64,000 bases of DNA from assembly GCA_964016885.1 (NCBI GenBank), contig OZ024742.1:123256001-123320000 (forward strand). Reading direction: 5' to 3'. Positions 1-15,456 of the stretch are shown one piece after another. The stretch is from Eledone cirrhosa (Eukaryota). Under the pieces are notes generated by a model. That model saw nothing but the letters and a program-made list of their open reading frames with translations. It searched no databases and was not told the origin of the DNA. The position numbers were made by a program, and so were the translations under genes. Each line of letters opens with the position of its first letter. The first letter of the stretch is position 1.

Positions 1-219
1 CACCCTCCTTCTGTCTGTTTACTGATATCTAGGACTATATTATCTAAAGTGTCCCTTCCTCTTTTTCTCAAATGGTAGAGTTTATTTTAATGGATATTTG
101 CTATTTCTAGCCATCCGAAAGGTTTCTAAAAGCTCTCTTATGTTATGTTGTGCTCCGATAATACCTATCATAACTATCTACAAACTTATGAGCCATATCA
201 AGCGATCATATATCATTAC

Positions 220-424
<205 letters not shown>

Positions 425-548
425 ACGTCAATACTCATCTTTTTCCATTTATCTGAGGGTTCTAAACCCTCTTATCAGGCTAAAATTCCTTTAGTCAAAA
501 TACGGTGAAAGCTATTCTATTTTCTAATTTCAAACCTGCTCACTGTTT

Positions 549-656
<108 letters not shown>

Positions 657-659
657 TCG

Positions 660-850
660 TGAGTGTGCAGGACAAAATGCGAATGTGCTTTTAGTTAAGG
701 CTCTTTACGCCCTGAGTTGAAAAACCACCGGGGTCAGCTTTGCTTTTTATCTTTCCAGGGTCGATAAAATTAAGTACCAATCAATGGTTCGATGTTATAG
801 ACTTCGTTTCCTTAGATTATTGGCCCTGTGCCTAGATCAGAAACCATCAT
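660..850 (+). mobile_element. SINE family 1, diverged
   Basis: ctttgctttttatctttccaggggtcgataaaattaagtacc...ggccctgtgcctag. Confidence 0.75.
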
Positions 851-1308
851 TATTTCCCTTCATAATTTTCTTTACCATTGATTTCAAACATAAATAAAAC
901 ACTTAAATCTAAGGGAGGTTATAGGCATTGTAAGCCATATATACTTAAATATTACTTAATTTAATTAATCAGGAAAAATAATAAAAAAATCCACACGGTC
1001 TGGATTTGAACTTAAAGCGATGCAAGGTAATGCCATAGAGCATACGACAATCATTCTCATATTACGGGTAAGCTCGTCTCTATCAATGGTCGAGTAAAGG
1101 TGAAGATTATAAACGTTCTATAGTAATTCATTGTTGCTATCGTGTTACAATCTCAAAATCATGACAAAGAGACATGACAAAAGACAGGTAACCAGATAGA
1201 TAAAAAGGTAGATAGATAGATAGTTATATATATATGTATATATATATGTGTGTGTGTGTGTGTATGTGTGTGTATAGAGAGAGATGAGAGAGAGAGAAAA
1301 AGAAAGAG

Positions 1309-1346
<38 letters not shown>

Positions 1347-1699
1347 TTAGATAGATAGACAAGTTAGTTTATAGCGATATTTTAACCTATTAATAATACC
1401 ATGACAGATACAGAACATAACAATATTACTGCAGCATTAGACGTCCTTTACGTACAAACAATTTATAGATAAAGCTTTCAAAATATTTCGAAATGAACAG
1501 CTTTACAGTCTTTGTATGACCTTTATAACTTCACTTATATTTATTGCATAGCAAATACTGTAAGGGAACTACAATAAATTCAGTCTTACAGGCAAAAGCA
1601 AAATCGGTTAAGGATGGGATGCATTTGTTCAAAGGCATATTCGATCAAAGCTTTCCTTGTGCTAAATAAGTTTTTCTGATACAGACGGAATGCTTTATT

Positions 1700-2490
1700 T
1701 TGGAGGAAAGGGGTTAGTCAAATAAATCAAGCTTAGTATTTGACTGGTACTTCCCTTTATCGATCATGGAAGGTAGAAAGGAAAATTTGGTTTCGATGAG
1801 ATTTGACCTCAGATGTTTAAAAAGTGGAAATACATACTGAAATATTTCTACCGATTTTGCCAACCTGTCTGCCTTACATGGTGAAAGATAATTGTCTCTA
1901 ATTTAGACACGAGTCCAATAATTTGAGGGAGGGAAGTCTATTACATTCGGGGCAGGCAGAGTCATTCATATCAACCTCAATAAGTGACTGGTACATTATT
2001 TTATCTACATCTAAAATAAGGATTTCTAGCACAGGTCCAATAACTTGGGTGGGGGAGCCGATTAAATCGTGCTTTATTTTATCGACCCCGTAAGGATGAA
2101 AAGCAAAGATAACTTCGGCGGGATTTGAACTCAGAACGTAAAGGGATGAACCTATATGCCGCAAAGCACGTTGTAAGACGCTCGACCGATAGTACCAATC
2201 CACCAACCTTTGACCTCTAAAATAATGAAAAGCAAAGTCGACATCGGCGGGATTGAACTCTGAATGCAACGAGTCGAAACAAATGCTATATTTTCTAATA
2301 TAGGCCCAAAGCAAGAATGTTCTGTTGTGGAAAAGGAGAGCAGCCATTTATATCAACCCTAGTATCTTACTGATACTTCCATTCATCGACCCCGGAAGGA
2401 TGAACGCCAACGTTGAATTCGATGGGATTTGATCTAAGATTCGTCACAAATACTGCAATGCTACTTGTCTGAATATATAACGGTTCTGAA
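1700..2490 (-). mobile_element. Cluster of about four diverged SINE family 1 copies
   Basis: Repeated tttatcgacccc...ggatgaaa.gcaaag...gggatttga.ctcaga. Confidence 0.75.
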
Positions 2491-2953
2491 AACCCCTCTT
2501 TAACCCAGTGAAAAGTAATAACGACACTAACGGAACCTTCACTACCATTGTCACCGTTACTATGGCTCACTCTTATTCATCCTCCACAGAATCGTATATC
2601 TTAAAGAAAATTCAGAACTTCTATTCTTCATTATGCTTTCCAGCGGAATAACGAATATTCGAAAGAGAAAACTAAATGTCATGTGTATTAAGTTCATAAA
2701 ACCAGCTTTGTTTTCTGTCTCACAGAATTTACAAGTGCTATGGGCATTGGGTTTCTTCTGTATATTAACATAGAAATAGATCCGTGTGTACAAATACAAA
2801 CACAATAGCAAACATTCGCGCGCGCATACACACATACATGCATACGTATGTAGATACAAACATACATACATACATACATACATACATGCATGCAAACATA
2901 CATACATACATACATGCATGCAAACACATACACATATACATACATACACACAA

Positions 2954-3080
2954 GATGATGATGGCTGCAACTCGATTTCGAGCAATGCCAACGCTTGATA
3001 CTTAAGAAGGAGCATCTTTGATCTGAACTTTTAGTCTCGCTAGGGTTTTGCCTGTGGCCAGTAATATCATGCATCGCAAA
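2954..3080. repeat. Dispersed repeat, inverted homologue at about 52960-53097
   Basis: atgatggct...ctcgatttcgag.aatg...cgcttgata shared. Confidence 0.7.
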
Positions 3081-3557
3081 AGGTGTCACATATCAAGCGA
3101 TGCCTGTGCTTGAAGCTTTTTTTAAGTGAGGAAAGGCATGGCACGAGGCCAATCACACTCACTGAACAGAGAATGCATTTGCCAAAAAGAAGAGCTGGTC
3201 TGCATCAATGGATACAAACAAAGTCGCAGTATCAGAGGGACTTTCTCCTAGAGAGATGCCTTAATGAAAACTATACGCCTATCACTGCACAAATGAAAAA
3301 CTTTAATGGATGTCCCGAGTTCATCCACCCTTTCACGCATTTTGTTTTTCATACTGCAGGGTATTCAAAATCACCTTCCTCACCAAGCAAGTTTGGTGGG
3401 GTTGTCGGTTTAGTCGCCGACACACCAACCATTCACAGGTTGTACTGGCTTACATGTTAACAGTAGCGCTGAAGAGTGAGCTGACACATACATACATGCA
3501 TACATATATGTATATACATACATGCATACATATATGTATATATATATATGTGTATAT

Positions 3558-3595
<38 letters not shown>

Positions 3596-3915
3596 GGGGG
3601 TGCGGGGGGGGGGGGGGTGTACATATTATATATTTAATTTAATTATGTTCATACACGGAACAAATGCGCTACCTTGGATTTCAATATATGTGTATATAAG
3701 TATATATAGGTTTGTGTGTGAGGGTGTCTATTTGAAAATGAGAGAATGCCAAAAGCATATAATAACTGTAACAAAAGTCGATCGCTGTAAATAATAGTGT
3801 AAAAATAGTGAAGCGGAATCTTACTAGATTTTTCTATTATGTGTTTTAGCGTTTGGGATTCCCGGTTTTTCAAATTTCAAATTACCCAAGCGCTCCGATA
3901 ATATTTAATGTATGT

Positions 3916-3972
<57 letters not shown>

Positions 3973-3977
<5 letters not shown>

Positions 3978-4312
3978 TATTTTGCAATACACTGTATGCT
4001 TAATAAAAAGCATTTTGAAGACCTTATGCTATTGTTTTAGAGTAGTGACAGACTCACTTACTTTAATTTCAGCAAGCAGGGGGAGATAAAGCTGACAAGG
4101 CCTTGTTTCTGCATTTATTGATGCTTATCAAAGCCAACTACTCCTCCCGTTTACTGAGAACCTGGATGTTTTGGTTCTTATAGGCCTTGTCAGCTTTATC
4201 TCCCCCTGTTTGCTGAAATTAAAGTAAGTGAGTCTGTCACTACTCTAAAACAATAGCATAAGGTCTTCAAAATGCTTTTTATTAAGCATAGAGTGTATTG
4301 CAAAATACACTA
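3973..4312. repeat. Inverted repeat, about 130-bp arms and 80-bp spacer, in (TA)n
   Basis: 3973-4102 vs 4183-4312 are near-identical reverse complements. Confidence 0.9.
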
Positions 4313-4355
4313 TATATACATTCATATATATATAGCTATTTCAGAGCAACAATTC

Positions 4356-4413
<58 letters not shown>

Positions 4414-5038
4414 ATAATTGAAGTATTGAATATCTCCATGTATTTTTCAAAACCCATCTATCTTTTAGAAAAACCCAAACAGACAGACAAACACACAAAC
4501 ACACGAACACACGCATATTTATATATACCACATATATATGTATATAATGTATGTTTATATATATATATAGTTTAGAAATGTTTGTGTATGTGAGTACACC
4601 TACGGTTGCCATATTTCTGTATCCTTTTCATACCTTTTCATCTTTCCTTGTAACTATCACTCACTCTCATGCTATTTTGACTCTTGTTTAAAAGTTTGTA
4701 CAATACTTTATGTTACATTTCCTTCTCATTTTCTGTCTCTTCCGCGCTCTCATTTACTTATTCTTGCAGTTTCTCTTATTTAACGCTCCTTGCGATTTGT
4801 TTTTTTCTATCTAAACATAAACATATTTAAAGTATTTGTGTCTTCCTTTTACATATACAAAGAAAGGTATGAATCGACTGCAACCCGTGACGGTAGGGTG
4901 TATACCTACTTTTATACCAACTCTGCTCTTTCATATGCATAGAGTACTACCCAGATTTGTGTTCTTCCCCTTCTCGGCACCGCAACCTTTCAATAAATAT
5001 ATATATGTGTGCGTATGTGTGCGTGTGTGTATGTGTGT

Positions 5039-5082
<44 letters not shown>

Positions 5083-5791
5083 ATGTCTGTATTTTCTCTT
5101 TTACTCTTATATTATTTTACAAAGACTGCGGTCAGGCTATAACGCTAACATAAAAAGGATTAATCGATCACTCTCCCCACCACAACCAACACCAAGAACT
5201 TTTGTTTTCAAATCTGGTACTTATCGATCTGTTGAAGCAAGTACTTTAATCAAATAACCATGTCTGCGCCTGTATATACATGTATATAGATATATATATA
5301 TACTTTCATTATATATATATATGTATATATATGTATGTATATACATATGTGTGGGTGTATATATATATATATATATATACATGTGTGTGTGTGTGTTTAT
5401 TTAGTTCTGGTATCACACTGATAATGTCCAATACAACTACTGTTGCTATTCCATGTAGAGTTATGGAGGGATAGAAATTTAGATTAAACTTGAATGTTGT
5501 TCTTATCAAATTCTTTTTAATATTCTGTGAAGAATATTTATGAGCTGAATATCTAGCTTGAATTAATTTAATCAATATTTAGAAGAATAATTTTATATTA
5601 AAAATCACTTGAAACAACGAAAATAAATTACGTGAACTAAATATTTCTGCAATATTTCTGCAAATATATTTACTCATATGTAAACAGTTTGGAATAAATA
5701 TAAAGAAAGGAGATGTATTTCGTTTATATCTTTTTGTGATTGTTGTTTTGTGTATTTTGGGATAGTTGTTATATATATATATATATAGTTG

Positions 5792-5824
<33 letters not shown>

Positions 5825-6205
5825 GCTGTTGTTATTTTCTCTATTCTTGTAATTACTGTTATATATACTTTTGTTATTTTCTGTATTTTTAAGAGGAAAC
5901 AATGTAATGCTAGAGTAGGATACTAGAAAATTCATTCAGAATGGTTATTTTTGAATGTTTCTGCTCTCCTCTGTACAGCCTTCTTCTTTACAAGGTAAAA
6001 GTGAAAGAAGCTAGAGAAAAAAACACAAAAAAAAAAAAAAAAATATATGACGTCAAAGTTTTTAATCCGTCTCTATGGAAACTTTAGGTTAATCTTAAAT
6101 CCTGCAGTAGGTAGTAAGAAGAAATACATTCAAATATATATTTGCCACTATTGCTACTGCAATTGGTTTTGTTTTTGTTTTATGGGTTTTTTATGTTAAT
6201 GCATT

Positions 6206-6254
<49 letters not shown>

Positions 6255-6273
6255 GTTGCTACTACTACTGCTA

Positions 6274-6311
<38 letters not shown>

Positions 6312-6370
6312 CTGCTACTGCTGCCGCCGCGGCTGCTGCTGCTACTACTACTACTACTACTACTACTACA

Positions 6371-6421
<51 letters not shown>

Positions 6422-6730
6422 ACTACTACTACTACTACTGCTACTAATAATAACAATACTAGTACTAGTACTATTAGTACTACTATTAATACTTATACTA
6501 ATGCTGCTTCTGCTATTACTATTACTACTACTATTGTTGTTGCAACTGCTGTTTCTACTGCTGCTACTGCTTTTTCTACTACTATTACCACTACTTCAAC
6601 TACTACTACTACTGCTACTACTAGTAGCACTACAGCTGCCGATACTAATACTAAAGTATTTGTTGTTGTTATTGATTCTATTAATACACAGGCAACTGCA
6701 ATTGTAACTACTGGAGTTACTGCTGCTAAT
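6206..6730. repeat. Compound (CTA)n/(CTG)n trinucleotide microsatellite, decaying rightwards
   Basis: Directly visible. Confidence 0.95.
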
Positions 6731-7415
6731 ACTTTTTTCGCACACACAATGATTCTCTTGAATTGTGATAATTCTTTCTTTACTTCCATTTTCTGCTCTG
6801 TTGTGTTTCACATTGTTTCATCCGTGTAAGGTTTTTATAACATATTACATTTTTTTTTATCAACTCGACTGTAGCAAACAGTTCATCAACCGTTCTCCAA
6901 TACCTGTAGAAGAGGCCACTGAGTATTTTCTCACAACACTTCACACAACACCATGATGGAAATTCTTAGCGAAAGTATGGGTAGAACGAAACATCGACCA
7001 CTGATCAACTTTGACTTTCCTTATTTCGTGTTCGATAAAAAAAAAAAAGTACCTGTCAGATACTGTAGTCGATTCTTCCTTTCCATCGCTTTCCCTCTTC
7101 CGCTATATAATTATCTCTCCTTACGGGTACATGCATACATACATACATACATACATACATGCTTGGACTAATGTTATATTTATCGACATTGGAACAATGA
7201 AAACTAAGTTAAACTCAGAAGGCAGACAGCGGCAAGAAGTACAACAATGCTTTTTAACGACTCTGCCAATTTACCAATTAAATGTTTTCTAATACTGTCC
7301 TCATAATAATCTATAATCTTATGGAGACAGAAGAAAATGTACAGCACTAAAGTGATGCAGTACTCCATCAAATGGTGATCGATAGAAATAAATACCAGCA
7401 GTATTTCCCTCTATG

Positions 7416-7655
7416 TGGAGACACGTTGACTTGTAGTTAGGGGGTTGGACTTACGATCATAATGTTGGGTGTTCGATTCTTGTAACAGATGTTATTCAAG
7501 TATACTCTTCTAAAAATGAGTACCAGCAATAGTTGGAAGTTTAACCCTATGATTGACAGGCGTCATGTCCAGGGGGAAGTTTTATACTCTCAGATGCTTC
7601 ACTCCAAGGAAACCGGGAGAGGTACCAGACCGATGAGCCTCCGTGTCCGCGATAG
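7416..7655 (+). mobile_element. SINE family 2
   Basis: Homologous to 21393-21655 in head and tail. Confidence 0.7.
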
Positions 7656-7927
7656 TATTGTATAAAATGCGTCGCAAGTGTTGCTTTAAAGTAGCTAGGA
7701 GTTTCTGTTGATAATGCACTTTACCAACAACTAGAGCATATGTGCTTCCACGTAATCAAGACCGTGTGACGATGAAGCAAATTCGATTATCGATTCAAAT
7801 TAATTTATTTCCTTTATCCTGATAACTGCCTTTAGAAGGCATCAAATCCAAAATAACATATTCCACACTGCACAATGTCCGGTTTATGAAAACATCTTGT
7901 ATTTAATCATTGTATCAATAAATAAAA

Positions 7928-8090
7928 AGGCAGCAGCAAATTGGCAGAGTCGTTAGAACGCCGGATAGAATGTTTTGCGGTATTCGTTCCGGTTATCTGC
8001 TCTCCCAATTCAAAACCCACCCAGGTGAGCTTTACCTTTTATCCATTCGAGGTCGATAAAAATATATCAGTCTAGTACTGGAATCGATTC
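7928..8090 (+). mobile_element. SINE family 1, diverged
   Basis: ttggcagagtcgttag head and body. Confidence 0.75.
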
Positions 8091-9024
8091 TTTCTTTATA
8101 TCTCTTTCTCACTTCCAGTCTCTCACTCTATCCTTCTCTAGAAAAAATCTGAAATGGAGATGGTCTCCGCTAGGTTTTAAAATGCCGGAAATACGCCATA
8201 TGTCAATACAACGAATCTATGACACCCTCGGGAGTTATGCAGACATGCATAAATAAATAAACAATGTTGAATTGAAACCCGATCTTGAGTATATCCTCCA
8301 TAAATGTGTTCGATACCCTCCCAAACACATATTTCATAAAGAATGAAAACAAAAATTGGAAGCTAAAGTTCATTATGAATAGTTTATACAGTGATTTAAA
8401 ACCAACAAATGTGCCTGTGCCTCTCTACAAGAGAAGTCAATATTTACATACTTTATCTAGAATCAGTTATTCATTCTCATATGTTAAAGATCAAGCTGAA
8501 TGACATTCGTTATAAATACAAGAGTGGGTGCGATTTTCTGGTCTTAAATTGTTGCCTAAACTATTAACAATTGACCTTAGTGTTTACTTTCTTAGGAATG
8601 TGTTTTAGAAATTTGTGTTCTGATGTGTTTCTGTCTCATTTATGAAGGTCTATACTCTAGATCCGATGGGGAAGTTTTAATTCAAGAATACGTATTTATT
8701 AATACAAAATATTAGTTACGAGATGTTTTCATAAACGGAATTCTTTTCAGAAAAAGAAATCTGAAATTATAATTCAAACTTACATTAGAATAAAATAAAA
8801 CTAAATCAAAATTGCGATGTTTTAATGCTTCTAAAAGAAGAGGAGATTTTTTTAAAATTAATTCTCAGTCAAATGTTATGGAATTCATAACAAATTGAAA
8901 ACTTCGTGCCTAGACTTGATAAAATAGTGTATCTAACGCGTGTATGAACGATTATTGCAGCGGGCTACATCCAACAACAAAACTGTTACATTGGCACAGG
9001 GAAAATGAGGACATTATGTGTTGA

Positions 9025-9198
9025 CTCCTCGGTTGAGTGTCGGGCGCCATGTTTGCAGCATAGAGTTACGTCGCTTTTCGGTCTGACTTGAAATCCCGCC
9101 GAGGTTAACTTTGCCTTTCATCCTTACGGGGTCGATAAACTAAAGTACCAGTAATGCATTGGGATAATTGCTGGCCTTGTGCCAGAATTAGGAACGAT
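9025..9198 (+). mobile_element. SINE family 1
   Basis: Conserved body and tail. Confidence 0.85.
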
Positions 9199-9445
9199 TA
9201 TGTGTTGACTCCTCTGTTTCAGTTTCTTCACCAATGATAGCAAGCTTCCACGATAAACGTCTGTGAAGTAAAATAAATACACACACAGACATGCACGTGC
9301 AAAGATACATATATAGATACATATATAGACACAAACAAACACAGTGGCAAACACAAACGTGTGTGTATGGACGTGAATGTGTGTGTGCGTCTGTCTATGC
9401 GTATACATTAATGTATACGCGTAGACAGGCGCACGCACACATTCA

Positions 9446-9520
9446 CAGCGCCATCACGGAATATATGCGCAGCAAGTTCAGTTGGGCTGGACACGTCGCG
9501 CGGTTCACCGATAATCGGTG
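9446..9520 (+). mobile_element. RTE-clade LINE ORF C-terminal fragment
   Basis: [16 protein letters not shown] motif. Confidence 0.8.
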
Positions 9521-9603
9521 TTTGCATAGCTACGGCTTCCTAAAACTGTATTTCTTTGGAGATACAAAATATTTATACATATATATATATATATATGTAT
9601 ATA

Positions 9604-9670
<67 letters not shown>

Positions 9671-10003
9671 ATATATACGAATTACAATGTATAACAATAA
9701 TATTATATTCTTTAGTCAAAACTGTTAACTTCTCATAACATTTATCATTAATTTATTGTTGTCAAACATCATAAATGATAAATATAAAATGAAAATAACT
9801 GAATTGAAGTGTGTTTTTCAATTAATAGAATGTATTTTCTTCCGCTATGTATATATTTTATCGTTTCAACACACGGTCTCAGATCAAGTAACTTGCTACG
9901 CATGTAAAACACCAACAATATGTGTGTGTTTGTGTGTGTGTGTGTGTGTGTAAATAATGTCTACATATATATAAATATATATACATAGATACATATATAA
10001 TAA

Positions 10004-10034
<31 letters not shown>

Positions 10035-10184
10035 AAAGTAAGTCCATAGAATCAATTGATAAAATATATACAGTATCTCTTCTCCCAATCAGCATTATCA
10101 ACCACATAAAAAATCAATTAAACGAGGCTATAAGTTTAAAATGTACCTATGAAGAAACAATAGATAAATAAATAAATAAAAGTA

Positions 10185-10266
<82 letters not shown>

Positions 10267-10379
10267 GAGATATATAATATATATAGTTTTACTGTTTTGT
10301 TTTCACTTCAATTTATTGCATATTTCTGTGTAAAAACAAGTTGGTGTGGGAGAGAACAAAATAAAGAAACAAACTAACA

Positions 10380-10530
10380 AATGAGTCACTGAGGAGGTCA
10401 CAAAATGTGTGACGAAAGAGATGTGATAATAAACAACTATCCGTTTATTAAACCAACCAACTGAAAATGTGTAATAAATTGAAATGGCAACCAGCAGATG
10501 TGTGTAATTTTATTGGTAGAATCAGCCTCC
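10380..10530 (+). mobile_element. Family C-related single arm with hammerhead-like core
   Basis: gtca-CTGAGGA-g-gtcaca-aaatg-tgtgac-GAAA followed by aaccaaccaactgaaa...aataaattgaa, as in 46825-46940. Confidence 0.6.
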
Positions 10531-11354
10531 GAAAGCATCCTTGAAGGGGAAAGTTTCCTTGGATACGGAAAAAATAGTGAACGGAGGCGGCTGCCATGAA
10601 TTGAAATCTGCATCTCTCATATGCACGGTGATGGAAAATTCTACTTACAAGCTGTTGATGAGACCATCTTCGCCAGCCTAACTTTAATAAGACATTGAAT
10701 AAAATAAATATTGTTTTAGAGAGTATACGTTCATATTTAAAAGAAAAAAAAAGATTTCTATTAGACGACAATGTATGTCGCGTACTTGTAACCTACTTTT
10801 GGAAAAATTACTCGTGGAGAGGGGGTCTTTGCCCATTACATTCGTCTCCTGTCCACATCGAGACAGGAGAGATATTCGCAATTAATATTCCTCTCTCTAA
10901 AGCTCTAGCTTGATAATTGGAGAACAAACATAGGCCGAGAGGTAATTCTAGAGGGTTATAGACTGCGGGTGGAATGGCATGGCGTAATTAATTGGTGTAG
11001 GTCCTGAGTATGGAATCTCAATATACATGACGATAGGAGTTAGGAATGATTTGGGGCGGAACCCTGACGGGAGGTACAAGACTTGTCAGCTGGAAGGAGC
11101 AGGAGTGAAGCGATAACAAAACAGCGACTAGAACATATTTCAAGTCAACGAAGCACTCGTCATTAATAAAATGCTGTCATTACTTACAGTATTACACACG
11201 TTCGAACTGCCAATTCAGTAATTCCAATAATTGATTGTGGCAGTGGAACAGCACAAACGACTGCGTCTTTAAGCTACATTTTGTGAACAAGTCAGTTTGT
11301 CGGAACTCTTCAACGTAACTATTCGAGGAATTCTATTCTGTACTATATTCTATG

Positions 11355-11475
11355 AAGGCGCGTAGCTTAGTGGTTAGAGAATTGGATTAGCAGTCACGAC
11401 GTTGCCAGTTCGAGTCGGGCAACTGTTGAAGCATTATGTCCTTGAGCAATACACTTCATTTCACGTTGCTCTTTC
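11355..11475 (+). mobile_element. SINE family 2 head
   Basis: ggcgcgtagcttagtggttag...gttcgagtc...tgtccttgagcaatacacttcatttcacgttgctc. Confidence 0.8.
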
Positions 11476-11961
11476 TGTAGGGAGTGGCGACCGGTATATT
11501 GTATCAGCAATGGAAAGACCATGGGGAACAATGTTTCTTGGTTCGTTTTGACGAGGGCCACCCACAAGCCTACACTCTGTAAGTGAATGAGATGGGGGAT
11601 CTTGTCGGACGACTTTCTCATCCATCTCCTCCTCTATATTCCATCAAAGCGTTCGTCAATGGTACGCTGTTACCACTATTTACATTTCGTAATGGGTCTA
11701 TTGTTTGGTATGAGAGTGCAATGTAGACTCCGAGTAAGCCTTGGCCAGAATATTTCTAAGAATAATTTTAGTTGATACAAACCCATATTATTTCAGTTAG
11801 TATACGACATACTCCTTTTTTAAAGATGATAGGGTATAAACTGAGGGAGATTTGGCAACCATCTTTTGCAGGCCGAATGATTGCGTAGAGCCACACTCAC
11901 AATATCAGATATTAAATACGTTGGTATCCGACATATCGGCGGTTAGAACAGGATCATACAC

Positions 11962-12062
<101 letters not shown>

Positions 12063-12107
12063 CATGTTATCCATGTGCAACCTGCAGTATTCTTCTCCCC
12101 ATTTTTT

Positions 12108-12160
<53 letters not shown>

Positions 12161-12715
12161 GACTATTTTTATCTTTCTTCTCATGTTTTTTTATATATAT
12201 TTACCTCGGCCGCGTTTGTCTGTTGTCTCTCTTATTGCTTCCCCGCTCTCTCTGTTTCTCTCACCTTCTTTCGCCCCCTCTGTCAGTTACACTTTCTCTC
12301 GACTGACCTCTTCCTCACACTTCCACTCACTCACTCTCTGTTTCTCCCTTCTCACTTCCTCCCGTTTGGCTTGTGTGGGTTTCTTCTTGCTCACATCTCA
12401 CACACATCAACACGGCCTGTACCTCTCTCGCTCATGAAATCCACCCAACTTAATCTGACCGGACAACCATGTTGCTTGTTTATTTTCCTATCTTCGGTTT
12501 GCTTTTATCCTTCTATGTTGTTTACTTGTCCCCCTCGCCTTATGCGAATTACTGGTCCCAATAACTTTTTTTAGTTATTGCTCGCACCAACCTGAGGTAT
12601 CTGATTTTTAATGCGATGAAATACCAATGCTGGTTGGAAAATCACTGACGAAGGACTATTTTTATCATATGTAACCCATGTGCAACCACGCAGTATAATA
12701 CTTTCTTCTCATATT

Positions 12716-12746
<31 letters not shown>

Positions 12747-13442
12747 CGTCTCGGCTCGGCGATGCACACATCTCTCACATATCTCTTACTCTTACGGTCA
12801 CACATCTTCCATACTTCCATATTTACGCGCCAACACGTCACACTCACATACACATACCTCATACCACCACACAGAGACACACACTTACACATCTCTCACA
12901 CCTACTCCCGTTTTTTGTTAGCTGTTTCATATTCTGCGAATCTCAGCTAAAACAATGTAGAAAAGAATCCCACCACTTTATGTTCATATATTTGTCTATT
13001 GTCTATTCCTTCAGTTATAAAATAATTAACGTTCTTTACTGCAATTACACTTGTTACGCCAGCTCAATACGATAAATTCATTTTTTTCTCGTTCGTTTGT
13101 ATATATTATATTAGATTCCTATATAAATGACATTTTTATAATTCACAGTCTACATCTTGAAATAATTTTCTCATTAAGAGAGATTCAAGTATTCCAAGGA
13201 GGTACCGTAAATATTTTTCTACTACATCATGTTATTATATAAATGAGAATTTCTATAAATTTTGGACAATTACTTAGTTTGTCTATTAGGTTTATGTATA
13301 ATAATCACTGACAGAGTATGTTATACTTATATATTATTTTGGATGCATTTGGTTTTTACTTGACATACAGAAATGACTGGTTGTTCCACAATAGTTGAAA
13401 GACGTAAATACAATCAAACATGATGATAATCATCTACCGTTC

Positions 13443-13546
<104 letters not shown>

Positions 13547-13555
13547 TCACATATG

Positions 13556-13597
<42 letters not shown>

Positions 13598-13735
13598 CAT
13601 ATGTGTGTGTGTGTGTATATGTATATATATGTATATATATATATATGCGATGCTCTCTTTATTCTCCCCTTCACCTCTCCGGTTATTACATAAATATACT
13701 GGAATCAATATGTGTAAAGGTGCACACATCATATA

Positions 13736-13792
<57 letters not shown>

Positions 13793-13932
13793 GAGAAAAT
13801 GTTTCTCACGTTACTTCAACGAAAATGGGTATGGAGCAATTACGTAAAAGCGTACACGCACAAACACACACATAGAATACATACATATATATAAACATAA
13901 ACAGACACACATACACAGACATACACACACAG

Positions 13933-13986
<54 letters not shown>

Positions 13987-14085
13987 GTGTGTCTATACAT
14001 ATATCTAAATATATAATTAGACGGTAAACACGATTCAGTTTTTACTCTTCATTAGCAAGATATATATTTATACATCCACACACGC

Positions 14086-14117
<32 letters not shown>

Positions 14118-14804
14118 TTGTTCTGTGTGCTTGCGTGTGTACATGTATATGTAAATATAAATAATTTTTTCGTGTGTAGGGCTGGCAAATGCCGTTTGTT
14201 TGGTTGTAATAATTGAAATCATGTTTGCAATTCTCCCCATTCGAAAAATATGTGTATGATGCTGCATTATTGATGGTAAAGAGAGAGAACATGATTTTTC
14301 CTCATATTTACTACGTTTCTGCTGCATCAGGCTGTTGACCCCATAATCAAATATATTTTACGCTACTGATTTCTCAGAAATGAATTTCTTTGGCGATGTT
14401 TATTCTCTTCATCAATTATTGCAGTTTATAGAATAATCACATCATAATATATTTTCACTTCGCATGTTTTGACTGTTAGAGAATGGAAATCATGAATTGT
14501 ATGCAGATAAATATATTATTTACTTCTTTGATATAACATAATTGTTTTATTACCTGTTATAAGTAATAATGCAAGTAGTTAATAATGAAGATATAATAAT
14601 TTCAATATTGTGCGTAACTTCTCTTGTGAATATAATTAGTCTCGGATCGGATAAACCACACTGTATATTTGCTCTTACAATCACTTATATGTAAATGGTT
14701 TGACGGATGATCAAAGGTGAGCTGCTGTTGTAAATTTGTCAAAAAATTGAAACAAATGAAGTTTTCAATTACTGGCATAATTCACAAGGAAGTAGTTACA
14801 TAAT

Positions 14805-14996
14805 AATTGTTTCTACATTAGGCACAAGGCCAGCAATTATCTCCGTGCATTACTGGTACTTTATTTTATCGACCCCGTAAGGATGAAAGGCAAAGTTAAC
14901 CTCGGCGGGATTTGAGCTCAGACCATAAAGGGCCGTAACTCTATGCTAGAAAGCATGACGTCCGATCCTCTACCGATACTGCCAATCCACCAACCT
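14805..14996 (-). mobile_element. SINE family 1
   Basis: Close match to 16241-16428. Confidence 0.9.
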
Positions 14997-15379
14997 AGTT
15001 ATACAATAATGTCATGCTTTTAACGGTGAAAATTAATAGATATAACAGAAATGTATCTCTTATGTAGCCAACATACCTGTTAAACACAGCAATGAAATTA
15101 CCTTTAAACTTTTCCCTAGCAACTTAGGACATGAGGAAGTAAAGCAGTGATTATTAACTTCAGGATGAACAGTACTGGCTATTAATAAGAGGGAGTAAAA
15201 TATAACATTGGGTATTAACACGAGACAGCTACTGAATGATCTGGTATGATTATTGTCACATATGACACTTGTGATATAAATATAGTTCCAAATCTTCTCC
15301 TGAGATTATAGTCATACTGGGATACCGCACTCTACGGCGTCCAGTTTATTTTGCCGTCGACACTATCCATGCTACTATG

Positions 15380-15456
<77 letters not shown>

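Noticed and set aside
1898-2347. 149-aa ORF
   Set aside because: Read-through of adjacent SINE copies.
6142-6811. Poly-Leu, poly-Tyr and Val/Ala-rich ORFs
   Set aside because: Trinucleotide repeat translation.
10530-11150. Possible retroelement coding remnant
   Set aside because: No motif I can identify with confidence.
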